Source: Rhodobacterales bacterium
Lineage (GTDB): Bacteria > Pseudomonadota > Alphaproteobacteria > Rhodobacterales > Rhodobacteraceae
Direction of reading: 5' to 3'
DNA length: 64,000 nt
NCBI GenBank assembly: GCA_003228875.1
Contig: QIGK01000093.1
Coordinates: 515 to 64,514 of the forward strand
Position numbers and translations under genes: made by a program. The notes beneath the pieces are model-generated. The model made no database searches and was not told where the DNA came from. It saw only the letters and a program-made list of their open reading frames with translations. Of this stretch, positions 47,394 to 58,630 are shown piece after piece; position 1 is the first letter of the stretch, and every line of letters begins with the position of its first letter.

Positions 47394-48032
47394 ATGGCAT
47401 TTGTAAATCTGCGGGTTCTGTTTGTTTTAACCTCCGTTGGCTTTCTGTCGGCCTGCGCGTTTTCACCAACCGAAGGCATCTCCCGCGAAGTCACCGTAAA
47501 AACAGCGGGCGCAGATGTGGTGATTGCCGGACCCGAAGGGTTTTGCATTGATGAGCGCACCACCGACCAATCCCGCGCTGGTGCTTTTGTTTTTCTGTCC
47601 GATTGCGCCATGACTGAAAACGCTGGCCCGACCATTGCAAGGGTGCCGATTTCAGCAGTGCTGACAGCCTCGGTTTCAAATAGCGGTTTGCCGGGGATTG
47701 AGCGTGGCCGCGAAACAGCGCTGGCTGATTTGCAGGGGTTTCTGGAAACGCCGATCGGGCAGGCATCTTTGGGCAAAAGCGGCAATGTTTTGACCATTTC
47801 TGTGTTGTCGATAACACGCACTGAAAACGCGGTTATTGCCTTTATTGAGGACACAACAATTACAACCACAACCGCCGAATCACCGCGTTTCTGGCGGGCC
47901 TTTACCGAAGTGGGCGGGCGGTTGGTTGCGCTCTCGGCAACGGGATATAACCGTAGTGATCCCGAGCAAGCCCGAATTGAACAAATTATATTGGCATTCA
48001 TTAACAGCCTTCAAGCTGCAAACGCAGGCTGA
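47394..48032 (+). CDS. Hypothetical lipoprotein
   Basis: 212 aa from ATG 47394. Lipobox FLSAC after a hydrophobic signal, with balanced composition. The fully overlapping antisense 283-aa ORF looks like a shadow ORF. Confidence 0.62.
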   Translation: MAFVNLRVLFVLTSVGFLSACAFSPTEGISREVTVKTAGADVVIAGPEGFCIDERTTDQSRAGAFVFLSDCAMTENAGPTIARVPISAVLTASVSNSGLPGIERGRETALADLQGFLETPIGQASLGKSGNVLTISVLSITRTENAVIAFIEDTTITTTTAESPRFWRAFTEVGGRLVALSATGYNRSDPEQARIEQIILAFINSLQAANAG

Positions 48033-48090
48033 CCTCGGGTAAATCAGATGTGCAAAGGGATGACAATTTGGTGGAATTGTTCAAAACTGA

Positions 48091-50136
<2,046 letters not shown>

Positions 50137-50215
50137 CGTATCATAATACCTCAAGCGCAGGTGTAATTTTTGTATAAGTTTTGCATAAGTCGTTTTCCAG
50201 ACGCTGAACTGGCAA

Positions 50216-50884
50216 TTAGCCCAAAAATCCGGGGCCAAAGATTAGCAAAAATATCGGCATTGGCGCTACGGCAAGCACGATGGTTAATGCAAAATACGGC
50301 CATGGGAACAGACGGCTTATCCCCGCCATCATGCCGATACCGCCACCGCCGCCGATCACTGCATTGCCCGGAATATTAATCGCTGCGGCAATGGCCAGAT
50401 ACCGGTGTCGCAACAAAAATGGCACAAAGCGTTTTGGTGCTGATTCCGCCAAGGCCTGCATTTTGTCATGATGCGACAACGGGGCTAATCTGGCGATCAG
50501 GTCAGCGGCGCGCTCCATATATATAAACCGCAATAAAGATTGCAGGGTTGTAAGCGGGATAACCCGACCCAGAAAAAACGCCAGACTAATGCCAAACAAT
50601 GTTGCCACATAAACCGGAATAACCAGATCAACCCCGAACATGATGATCAGACCAAAGCCGATTTCGACCCCGGGAATAAACGGGATTGCCAATAAAAGCG
50701 CGTAAAAAACCATAGCCAACACGATGGCGGAAATCATAAAGTTTTTATTAAGCTCGCCAATTTCGAGCGTAATAGTTTTAACCAGCCACGCGCCGATATG
50801 GTGGGCAATAATTGATGCCAGAACCACCAGAATTGCCAGCACCAAATACCGGAACCACCGTGCTGCGCGACTTGGCCTAGACAT
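50216..50884 (-). CDS. Hypothetical integral membrane protein
   Basis: 222 aa with about 5 TM helices and a GGGGGIG stretch. Overlaps the upstream SDR gene by 8 nt, which suggests an operon pip-SDR-membrane protein. Confidence 0.68.
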   Translation of the reverse strand: MSRPSRAARWFRYLVLAILVVLASIIAHHIGAWLVKTITLEIGELNKNFMISAIVLAMVFYALLLAIPFIPGVEIGFGLIIMFGVDLVIPVYVATLFGISLAFFLGRVIPLTTLQSLLRFIYMERAADLIARLAPLSHHDKMQALAESAPKRFVPFLLRHRYLAIAAAINIPGNAVIGGGGGIGMMAGISRLFPWPYFALTIVLAVAPMPIFLLIFGPGFLG

Positions 50885-51566
50885 AATCTTTTAATGCCCG
50901 TCCGCTGATCTGGGACCAGACCATGGTTTCATCTTTTAACATGGTAATCAGCATTTCAGCCGCGGTTTTTGGGGTCATGGCGACGGATAGATCGCGCTCT
51001 ACCCCTGCTGTTTCATACATATTTGAGGCTATTTTCCCGGGATAAAACCCCATCACCCGCACGCCTTTTGGGGCGCATTCGTTTTCGAGGCAACCGGTAA
51101 ACCCGCGTATGGCCCATTTACTGGCGGCATAGATGCTAATGGATTTGCGTGTATAAAGCGCGCCGGTTGAAACCACGTTAATCACTGTGCCATTGCCGCG
51201 CTTAAGCATGTCGGGCAATACCGCGTGGGTCATGTTGATGGTGCCCATGGTGTTGGTGTCCATCACAGCTTTAATGTCATTCGCACTGTATTTTTCAAAA
51301 TCCCCTTCTAACCAGATACCGGCATTATTTATCAGCGCATGCAGCGGGCCAAGATCATCAGATATTTGTTGTGTAACCCGCAATATTTCAGTCGGATCAG
51401 CGACATCGAGCGTATAGAATTTTACCCCATGATGCGCGGCAAGGTCTGCGGTTTTTCCGGCGTTTCGCCCTGTTAAAATCGGCAAAAACCCTGCGGCTTT
51501 AAGGGGTTCGATCAAGGCCAGCCCGATGCCGCTGGTGGCGCCGGTTATCAGAATATTTTTTGTCAT
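50877..51566 (-). CDS. SDR-family oxidoreductase
   Basis: 229 aa. TGATSGIG cofactor motif, NNAG, and catalytic YAASK. Confidence 0.88.
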   Translation of the reverse strand: MTKNILITGATSGIGLALIEPLKAAGFLPILTGRNAGKTADLAAHHGVKFYTLDVADPTEILRVTQQISDDLGPLHALINNAGIWLEGDFEKYSANDIKAVMDTNTMGTINMTHAVLPDMLKRGNGTVINVVSTGALYTRKSISIYAASKWAIRGFTGCLENECAPKGVRVMGFYPGKIASNMYETAGVERDLSVAMTPKTAAEMLITMLKDETMVWSQISGRALKDYV

Positions 51567-52534
51567 GTTTTTGCAATTTCATCCATGATGCTCAAAAGTT
51601 CGCGCGCGATGCCGGGTTCTGACATGGCATGTCCGGCAGTTGTTACGATCCGCAGATCGGATTTGGGCCAAGCTTTGTGTAAGCGATACGCGGTGTGAGG
51701 CGGGCAGATCATATCATAGCGGCCCTGCACGATATAGCCGCGAATGTCGCGGATACGGGACATATCGCGCATGATCTGGCCCTCGGACACAAAGCCGCCA
51801 TTGCTGAAATAATGGTTTTCGATCCGGGCAAATGCTTTGGCATATCGAGGTCCGGGCGCACCGCCACGACCGTTGGAATGGATCACCGCAAGGGTGTTTT
51901 CCCAGCGAGTCCAAGCTTGGGCATAAGTGCCTGCAATTTTATCATCGCTGCCAAATATCCGGTGACGGTAGGCCTTGATCATGTCTTGCTGTTCGGCAAT
52001 TGGAATAAGGCTGGAAAATTCTGCCCATGCCTCGGGCCAGAATTGACCAGCACCGCCGTTGTAAAACCAGTCCAGCTCTGGTTTTGTCATGGTAAAGACG
52101 CCGCGCAACACCAGCGCCTCCACCCGTTCGGGATGGGCTTGTGCATAAAGCAGCGCCAATGTCGCGCCCCATGATCCGCCAAACACGATCCATTTATCAA
52201 TCCCCAAACGCAGCCGGATGCGTTCTATGTCAGCCACCAGATCCCATGTGGTGTTATTGATTACACTGGCAAAAGGCGTTGATTTTCCGCAGCCACGCTG
52301 GTCAAATAAAATGGCGCGGTAAATATCGGGGTCAAAATAACGCCGCATAGCGGGCGTGCAGCCGCCACCGGGGCCACCATGTAACAAAATAACCGGCTTA
52401 CCTTTGACACAGCCGTTTTGTTCGACATAAAGCTGGTGGCCATCAGTCATTTCCATCATTGCACTGTCAAAGGGTTCGCGCGGTGCGTGCAGTTTTGGCT
52501 GGGTTATGGCATCAAAGGGTCTGGCTTCTGGCAT
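51563..52534 (-). CDS. pip: Prolyl aminopeptidase (proline iminopeptidase)
   Basis: 323 aa. HGGPGGG oxyanion motif, nucleophile elbow GGSWGATL, and C-terminal GH. Confidence 0.92.
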   Translation of the reverse strand: MPEARPFDAITQPKLHAPREPFDSAMMEMTDGHQLYVEQNGCVKGKPVILLHGGPGGGCTPAMRRYFDPDIYRAILFDQRGCGKSTPFASVINNTTWDLVADIERIRLRLGIDKWIVFGGSWGATLALLYAQAHPERVEALVLRGVFTMTKPELDWFYNGGAGQFWPEAWAEFSSLIPIAEQQDMIKAYRHRIFGSDDKIAGTYAQAWTRWENTLAVIHSNGRGGAPGPRYAKAFARIENHYFSNGGFVSEGQIMRDMSRIRDIRGYIVQGRYDMICPPHTAYRLHKAWPKSDLRIVTTAGHAMSEPGIARELLSIMDEIAKT

Positions 52535-52584
52535 GGTTTGTCATTATCTGTTTTCTAAGATGTCTAACATGGCAGGTTGAAAAG

Positions 52585-53337
52585 ATGAGCGCAATGGACC
52601 CGACAAACACAATTGACCCCGCCGAGGTTGCCAAGTTTGAGGCCATGGCTGCACAATGGTGGGACAAAACCGGTAAGTTCAAGCCTCTGCACATGATGAA
52701 CCCGACGCGGTTGGGTTATATTACTGACCAAATCGCCGCGCATTTCCAGCGGAATAAGACAGGAAAAAAGCCGTTTAAGGGTTTAAGATTGCTGGATATT
52801 GGCTGTGGCGGCGGTTTGCTGTCAGAACCAATGGCAGCGCTGGGCGCTGATGTATTGGGCGCTGATGCAGCAGCAGGCAATATTCCAGTGGCCCAAATTC
52901 ATGCAAAAAAATCTGGCCTGAAAATTGATTATCGCCACACCATGGCCGAAGCGCTTGTGCAGGATGGCGAACAATTTAACGTGATCCTGAACATGGAGGT
53001 TATTGAACATGTGTCTGACCCTCAGGCAATGTTGCGGGCTTGTTATGCTTTGCTAAAACCGGGTGGATTGATGATCTGTTCGACCATCAACCGAAATCCC
53101 AAAAGCTATCTTTTGGCCATCATTGGGGCTGAACGGGTGATGCGATGGTTGCCGGTTGGCACCCATGAATGGGATAAATTCATCACCCCCGACGCGCTAA
53201 GCGAATTGATCAAAACCGTAGGTCTGCAAGTCAAAAACCGCAGCGGGTTTGTTTTTAATCCCGTGACGTGGAGCTGGTCAATTTCTGATCGTGATCTGTC
53301 AGTGAATTATGTGACCGCCAGTATAAGGCCTGAATAA
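52585..53337 (+). CDS. ubiG: Bifunctional 3-demethylubiquinol 3-O-methyltransferase / 2-polyprenyl-6-hydroxyphenol methylase
   Basis: 250 aa from ATG 52585. [13 protein letters not shown] motif [13 protein letters not shown], and EVIEHV. Confidence 0.92.
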   Translation: MSAMDPTNTIDPAEVAKFEAMAAQWWDKTGKFKPLHMMNPTRLGYITDQIAAHFQRNKTGKKPFKGLRLLDIGCGGGLLSEPMAALGADVLGADAAAGNIPVAQIHAKKSGLKIDYRHTMAEALVQDGEQFNVILNMEVIEHVSDPQAMLRACYALLKPGGLMICSTINRNPKSYLLAIIGAERVMRWLPVGTHEWDKFITPDALSELIKTVGLQVKNRSGFVFNPVTWSWSISDRDLSVNYVTASIRPE

Positions 53338-53376
53338 GCAACGGTTTTGTGCGGCATTGGCCCAAACAAGGTTTGC

Positions 53377-53835
53377 TCAGGGTAATAAAGCCATGCGAAG
53401 TTCGCGTAAAATTGGCAGCATGGCTTTTGCTTTTTCCGGCCCTAGTTTTTTCATAACATCTATAAAAACCGGCTCGATCGCATGAACGGCAGTGTTTCGG
53501 GCGGCCTGACCTGCGGGGCTGATGCTGATCAATTTTCGGCGTGCGTCATCCCAATCAGGGCGCACATGCACATAGCCGGATGCGGATAAGCGGCTAATTG
53601 TATTGGTCATGGCACCTTTGGTAACATGAAAAATCCGCGCCAGTTGTGCCGGTGTTTTCTCGCCACCCAAATGCGAGAAATGGTTAAGAACTGAAAAATG
53701 CGACAGTTCCATATCATTAGGCAGGCTGGCTTTTAGACGGGCGCGGGCGGCTTGGTCTACGGTGGCGATTTCGCTAAACAGCATAATCGCGAGGGGATTA
53801 TTGGTGACGGTCATCAAACAGGAACTCTCGGTCAT
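53377..53835 (-). CDS. MarR-family transcriptional regulator (start codon uncertain)
   Basis: Up to 152 aa. Winged HTH LSHFSVLNHF...TPAQLARIFHVTKGAMTNTISRLSASGYV. The longest ORF overlaps the upstream nitrilase-family gene by 38 nt. Internal Met codons at 53814 and 53784 are alternative starts. Confidence 0.85.
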   Translation of the reverse strand: MTESSCLMTVTNNPLAIMLFSEIATVDQAARARLKASLPNDMELSHFSVLNHFSHLGGEKTPAQLARIFHVTKGAMTNTISRLSASGYVHVRPDWDDARRKLISISPAGQAARNTAVHAIEPVFIDVMKKLGPEKAKAMLPILRELRMALLP

Positions 53836-54634
53836 GGGTCAGGGCCGGAATTTTGGCCCGTGCTTGTGCCACGAGGTTAAGGTCAAGATCAACAAAAGTC
53901 ACGCCTGCTGTGTTTTGCGCCTGTGCAAGCACTTTGCCCCAAGGATCAATGGCAATGCTGTGCCCATAAGTTTGACGGCCATTATTATGGGTGCCGCATT
54001 GGGCAGGGGCCAGAACAAAACATCCGGTTTCAATCGCGCGTGCCCGTAGCAAAACCTGCCAATGGGCTTGGCCGGTTGGCACTGTAAACGCGGCCGGGCT
54101 GGCCAGGATCGATGCACCTGCCTTTGCCAATGCTCGGTGCAAATGGCCAAAGCGCAGATCATAACAAATGGTCAGGCCAATTTTTCCAAAATCGGTTTGC
54201 GCCAACACAGCGCGGTTTCCGGGCCGGAATTGTCGGGATTCGGCATATGCCTCATTATTGCTGAGCTGCACGTCAAACATATGGATTTTATCATACCACG
54301 CGGCAATTCCACCATCTGGCCCGATTAAAAATGACCGGTTCACAAACCGGCCATCCTTTGCCGACGATTTTAGCGCCAATGAACCAATCAGTAACCAGAT
54401 TGACAATTCATCCGCAACAAGCCGCAAGCGCGCCAGCGTTTGGTCATTTGGTTCCGTTTGCAAGACATTTTGCTGATGGCTGTTCGAAAACGATATGATA
54501 TTGGTGACTTCGGGCGTTAGCACAAAGCTGGCGCCAGCTTTGTGGGCTTGGCGGATATAGGCCTCAGTGATCGGCAGGTTTGCCGCCGGATCATCGCTTG
54601 ATGTTAGCTGAATTAGGGCGGCGCGCAGGGTCAT
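53798..54634 (-). CDS. Carbon-nitrogen hydrolase family protein (nitrilase superfamily, omega-amidase-like)
   Basis: 278 aa. Catalytic triad context: PEVTN (Glu), YDKIHMFD (Lys) and ICYDLRF (Cys). Confidence 0.9.
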   Translation of the reverse strand: MTLRAALIQLTSSDDPAANLPITEAYIRQAHKAGASFVLTPEVTNIISFSNSHQQNVLQTEPNDQTLARLRLVADELSIWLLIGSLALKSSAKDGRFVNRSFLIGPDGGIAAWYDKIHMFDVQLSNNEAYAESRQFRPGNRAVLAQTDFGKIGLTICYDLRFGHLHRALAKAGASILASPAAFTVPTGQAHWQVLLRARAIETGCFVLAPAQCGTHNNGRQTYGHSIAIDPWGKVLAQAQNTAGVTFVDLDLNLVAQARAKIPALTHDREFLFDDRHQ

Positions 54635-54888
54635 GCGGCCAGCATTGCATCCAGCCTATCATCATATTCCAACGCATTAAGATCATCAAACCCGCCAATA
54701 TGTTTACCATCGATAAAGATTTGCGGTACCAATGTGCGCCCGCCGGAACGTGCCAGCATTTCATTGCGTTTGCTTGCGTTAATCATCACATTAGTTTCTT
54801 CAAAACCAACGCCTTTGTTTTTAAGCAGACGTTTTGCGGCATGGCAGTATCCGCAAAGCGGCGTTGTATAAATTTCGACTTTTTTCAT
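54631..54888 (-). CDS. grxC: Glutaredoxin 3
   Basis: 85 aa. Active site CGYC in VEIYTTPLCGYCHAAKRLL, plus TLVPQIFIDGKHIGGFDDL. Confidence 0.93.
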   Translation of the reverse strand: MKKVEIYTTPLCGYCHAAKRLLKNKGVGFEETNVMINASKRNEMLARSGGRTLVPQIFIDGKHIGGFDDLNALEYDDRLDAMLAA

Positions 54889-54929
54889 GGCGTGGCCTTT
54901 TCAAATCCGTTGCAGCGGATATAGGCGAT

Positions 54930-55631
54930 TTAACCGTCGCGTTCAACACGTGCCAGAACAATCACATCAACATTGTTGGCACCTGCTGCATAAAGAGCCT
55001 CAGCACAAGCGGAAAGGGTGGCACCTGTGGTCAGAACATCATCAACCAGCAACACGGCTTTGCCTTTGATAACCTGTCTGTGGCGTTGGGTAACCTGAAA
55101 AGCACCGCGCTGATTTTCCATTCGTTCAGATCTGGTCAAGCCGTCTTGGCTTGGGGTTTTGCGTTGGCGCGTTAACAGATCGGGCAGGCAAAACTGGCCT
55201 GATTGATGCGCCAGATGTCTTGCCAGTTCTGCTGATTGGTTAAACTTGCGCCTTAACATCCGCCAGTGATGCAGCGGCACTGGGGCTAATATATCGGCAC
55301 GTTTCAACAAAGGCTTTGCGGGGGCCAGCATCCAGCGGGCCAATGCCGGTGCCAAATCAAGCCGGTCACCGTGTTTCAAGGCCAGCACCATTCTGCGCCC
55401 GCCATCTGCATATAAAACCGCAGCTGCGCCATGGTGCCATGCAGGTGGAAAGGTGATGCAGCTGTCACAAAGCAAATCCCTGCCTTCGCCGGGCAGGGGG
55501 CTGCCGCATTGTTTGCAGGCGGTTCCGGCGATAAAACTGGTCTGTGACCAGCAATCGGGGCATAAGCCGTTTGGTGTATCCGTATATATTTCGCAAATCA
55601 TGCAGCGTGTTGGGTAAACCGTTTCCAGCAT
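54930..55631 (-). CDS. comF: ComF-family protein (zinc ribbon plus phosphoribosyltransferase-like domain)
   Basis: - Cys pairs CMICE...CPDCW and CKQCGSP...CDSC; PRTase motif VLLVDDVLTTGATL.
- The ORF is open to 55748.
- I prefer ATG 55631 (MLETVYPTRC) because the longer form overlaps the divergent methyltransferase gene. Confidence 0.8.
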   Translation of the reverse strand: MLETVYPTRCMICEIYTDTPNGLCPDCWSQTSFIAGTACKQCGSPLPGEGRDLLCDSCITFPPAWHHGAAAVLYADGGRRMVLALKHGDRLDLAPALARWMLAPAKPLLKRADILAPVPLHHWRMLRRKFNQSAELARHLAHQSGQFCLPDLLTRQRKTPSQDGLTRSERMENQRGAFQVTQRHRQVIKGKAVLLVDDVLTTGATLSACAEALYAAGANNVDVIVLARVERDG

Positions 55632-55711
55632 TGCCTTAGTAATCCGGCCCAGCGCGCCCTTTTGATTTGCGCTGGCGGCGGGTATATCAGCGGCAGCAGG
55701 GGATTTTTTGA

Positions 55712-56524
55712 ATGCAAACATCTGAGCGCCTTTTTGATCGGGCCACAATCACCAAACGCCGCCAACGCGCGGTTAAGGGCGATTTGGCTGATTTCCTGCA
55801 CCGTGAGGCCGCAGCCCAGATTTCAGAAAGACTGCAAGAGATTAAGAAATCGTTTACCAATCCGGCTTTTGTGGGTTGGTTGCCGGAAGTTTGGCAGGCT
55901 GAAATTGGTGAGATGCTGGTGGTTGAGGATGTTGATACATTGCCGCTGAATGTTGGTGCCCATGACTTGGTAATTCATGGTTTGTGCCTGCATGCGCATA
56001 ATGACCCTGTGGGTCAACTTGTTCAGGCGCGACGCAGTTTGCAGCCTGATGGGTTGATGATTGCGGCGCTGTTTGGGGGCCAAACCTTACATGAACTGCG
56101 CAGCAGTTTTGCCGAGGCTGAAGCCGAGGTTGAGGGCGGAATATCGCCCCGTGTTGCGCCAATGGGTGATATTCGTGACCTTGGCGGGTTGATTGGCCGC
56201 GCCGGGCTGGCATTGCCGGTGGCGGACAGTCAAAAGCTGACCGTGACCAATGAAACGCCACTGCATCTGATGCGGGATTTACGCAAAATGGGAGAGGGGA
56301 ATGCCCTGACCCAGCGGCGCAAAACTTTTATGCGGCGCGGCACCCTGAACCGCATGATTGAGATTTATACGCAGAATTTTGCCCAGATGGATGGTCGCAT
56401 AACCGCGACTTTTGAGATTGTGTTCTTGACGGGCTGGGCCCCGTCTGCGACCCAGCCTAAACCGCTGAAACCCGGCTCTGCAACCACGCGGCTGGCGGAT
56501 GTGTTAAATGTTAAGGAAAAATGA
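55712..56524 (+). CDS. SAM-dependent methyltransferase (class I)
   Basis: 270 aa. Divergent from comF, as in many alphaproteobacteria. Methyltransferase-fold segments LVIHGLCLHAHNDPV and DGLMIAALFGG. Confidence 0.78.
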   Translation: MQTSERLFDRATITKRRQRAVKGDLADFLHREAAAQISERLQEIKKSFTNPAFVGWLPEVWQAEIGEMLVVEDVDTLPLNVGAHDLVIHGLCLHAHNDPVGQLVQARRSLQPDGLMIAALFGGQTLHELRSSFAEAEAEVEGGISPRVAPMGDIRDLGGLIGRAGLALPVADSQKLTVTNETPLHLMRDLRKMGEGNALTQRRKTFMRRGTLNRMIEIYTQNFAQMDGRITATFEIVFLTGWAPSATQPKPLKPGSATTRLADVLNVKEK

Positions 56525-57561
56525 TGGACCGTCTGGAATTTGCCCCCAAAGACCATGTTAGCCAATTGCCTGCCAAGGTCGGTGTGTTGCTGGCCAACCT
56601 AGGCACGCCGGACGCAACCACTTATTGGCCAATGCGGCGGTATTTAAGCGAGTTTCTGTCAGACCAGCGCGTCATTGATGCGCCCAAATGGAAATGGCAG
56701 CCGATATTGCAGCTTATCGTCCTGACGCGGCGGCCTTTTGCATCCGGCAAAGCCTATGCCAGCATTTGGAATAATGACGCCAATGAAAGCCCGCTGCTGA
56801 CCATCACCAAAGCGCAAACTACAGCCATTGCCGCGCGTATGGCTGATTTACATGGCGATGATGTGCTGGTTGATTTCTGCATGCGGTATGGCAATCCGTC
56901 GGTAGATTCTGCCATTCGCCGTATGAAAGATCAGGGTGTTGAGCGGATTTTGTTTTTTCCGCTTTATCCGCAATATGCCGCGCCCACCACCGCCACAGCC
57001 AATGATCATGCGTTTCGGACTTTGATGAAATTGAAATGGCAACCGGCCATTCGCACGGTTCCGGCTTATTTCGATAACCCTGCTTATGTCAAAGCCTTGG
57101 CGGATTCGGTGCGCGAGGGCTATGCGGCGGCCAAAACTAAACCCGAAAAACTGGTGGTTTCTTATCACGGCGTGCCGGAACGCTATTTGTTGGAAGGTGA
57201 TCCGTATTATTGCCAATGCATTAAATCCACGCGATTATTGCGTGAGGAATTGGGCTGGGATGAAACCCAGATTGTTTCCGCCTTTCAATCCAAATTCGGG
57301 CCTACCAAATGGGTGGGGCCGGCAACCGTGGACCATGTGGCCGAACTGGCCAAATCGGGTGTTAAAAACATCGCTGTGATCGCGCCGGCATTTTCGGCGG
57401 ATTGCATTGAAACGCTTGAGGAAATCAACGAGGAAATCCGCAAGAGTTTTGAGGCGGCGGGTGGCGAGGAATTCAGCTATTTCCCCTGTCTCAATACCCG
57501 CAAAGATCATATTGATGCTTTAACGGGCATAATTGAAAATGAGCTTTCGGGCTGGGTTTAA
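56521..57561 (+). CDS. hemH: Ferrochelatase
   Basis: 346 aa. GVLLANLGTPD, FPLYPQYAAPTT, SYHGVPE and FSADCIETLEEI motifs. Confidence 0.95.
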   Translation: MMDRLEFAPKDHVSQLPAKVGVLLANLGTPDATTYWPMRRYLSEFLSDQRVIDAPKWKWQPILQLIVLTRRPFASGKAYASIWNNDANESPLLTITKAQTTAIAARMADLHGDDVLVDFCMRYGNPSVDSAIRRMKDQGVERILFFPLYPQYAAPTTATANDHAFRTLMKLKWQPAIRTVPAYFDNPAYVKALADSVREGYAAAKTKPEKLVVSYHGVPERYLLEGDPYYCQCIKSTRLLREELGWDETQIVSAFQSKFGPTKWVGPATVDHVAELAKSGVKNIAVIAPAFSADCIETLEEINEEIRKSFEAAGGEEFSYFPCLNTRKDHIDALTGIIENELSGWV

Positions 57562-57570
57562 GGAAAAAAC

Positions 57571-57864
57571 ATGTTGAAATATATATTGGGAATGGCCGTC
57601 ATTCTGGTAGGGCTTTATTTCTACCCTCAAATTGCCAGCAGTACCGGCAGCCCGTGCGAGGCGCTGGAATCAAAAATGATAGCGGAGCTTCCGATCAACA
57701 TCCCCGATGATTCACCCTTTGCGATGTTTGCCAATGTTATGACCAACTTGTCTCAAGGCGAAATCGGGGAGGCAGTCGTGGCCAATAAATACCCGAACCT
57801 GCCCGAACCATTAGGGTGCGCAATAGGCTATTACACCTTTGATAAAGACGATATTGAGTTGTGA
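57571..57864 (+). CDS. Hypothetical small membrane-anchored/periplasmic protein
   Basis: 97 aa. AAGGA Shine-Dalgarno 9 nt after the hemH stop. N-terminal TM/signal MLKYILGMAVILVGLYFYP, two Cys residues, and host-like codon usage. Confidence 0.55.
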   Translation: MLKYILGMAVILVGLYFYPQIASSTGSPCEALESKMIAELPINIPDDSPFAMFANVMTNLSQGEIGEAVVANKYPNLPEPLGCAIGYYTFDKDDIEL

Positions 57865-57870
57865 AAACTG

Positions 57871-58458
57871 CTATCTTGCCACCGTAAATCCAGCATCAGA
57901 TGTACAAAATATGCTACTTGAGTTTGTGTTACCCTGTCCACCAAAACTGATAGGACCTAGTGTGACAGCACCGCTACTACGCGGTTCTGAGAAACTGATT
58001 TCGAAAGCCGAATTGAAAGTAGCGCGCGCGCCAGATATACGCCCTTCGGGAGGATCCACCGAAAAACCAATATCTAAGTGACCTGAGGTTCGGGGCATGG
58101 CGCGTGAGCGCCGCACTGGCCGGAGCCGCACGCGCCCTCGTGAGTCTGGCGGGCTGTATTCTATTGATTGGACTATTTCACCATTGCCGGTGGTCATACT
58201 CTTCGAAAATGCATCCGCAATAAATATATTTATCTTAACTTGCCAAACAAATTGTACAACTCCTCCTTGCTCATCCAGCTCCCCTGCACCACGTAAATTG
58301 CCACGCAGATTGCGTCGGGATTTGCGAAGCGAAATTTCCCTCCGGCTGATTAGTCTGCCATTAACAAAATGTTTACTGAAACATTTGACCATAACAGACC
58401 CTCCGGATGACATAGGAAAATCTACTTGAAAGATCTCGTTAGTATCAATTTTTGCCAT
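57871..58458 (-). CDS. Hypothetical Arg-rich protein with atypical codon usage (orphan)
   Basis: 195-aa ORF with an AGGA Shine-Dalgarno 12 nt upstream of the ATG. No signal peptide and no recognisable motifs. Several ATA/AGA/AGG/CTA/TTA codons that look uncommon in the neighbouring genes I read by eye. An AT-rich 5' third and an internal GC-rich hairpin. Confidence 0.45.
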   Translation of the reverse strand: MAKIDTNEIFQVDFPMSSGGSVMVKCFSKHFVNGRLISRREISLRKSRRNLRGNLRGAGELDEQGGVVQFVWQVKINIFIADAFSKSMTTGNGEIVQSIEYSPPDSRGRVRLRPVRRSRAMPRTSGHLDIGFSVDPPEGRISGARATFNSAFEISFSEPRSSGAVTLGPISFGGQGNTNSSSIFCTSDAGFTVAR

Positions 58459-58579
58459 GAAAATACAATCCTCTAAAAAATTGGGTCGCCAATGAATTTA
58501 TTCAAATATGTACCATGGCATAAGTAATAATACTCTGTTGGACGGGCCTACTGTGTTTGGCGTTTTGCACAGAAAACGG

Positions 58580-58608
58580 AAAAAAACCCGCCCCAAACAG
58601 GGCGGGCC
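58580..58608 (-). terminator. Intrinsic terminator of the PPC-repeat protein gene
   Basis: On the minus strand, CCCGCCC-tgtttg-GGGCGGG is followed by TTTTTTT, 25 nt after the stop at 58631. Confidence 0.78.
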
Positions 58609-58630
58609 TTATGTTCAGTATTTGCGCCAA

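Noticed and set aside
47150-48001. 283-aa minus-strand ORF that completely overlaps the 212-aa lipoprotein gene and the 5' end of the CPBP protease gene.
   Set aside because: Its Ser/Arg/Pro/Thr-rich, low-complexity composition is typical of an antisense shadow frame. It has no signal or motifs and overlaps a confident same-strand gene out of frame. The plus-strand ORF has a clean lipobox and normal composition.
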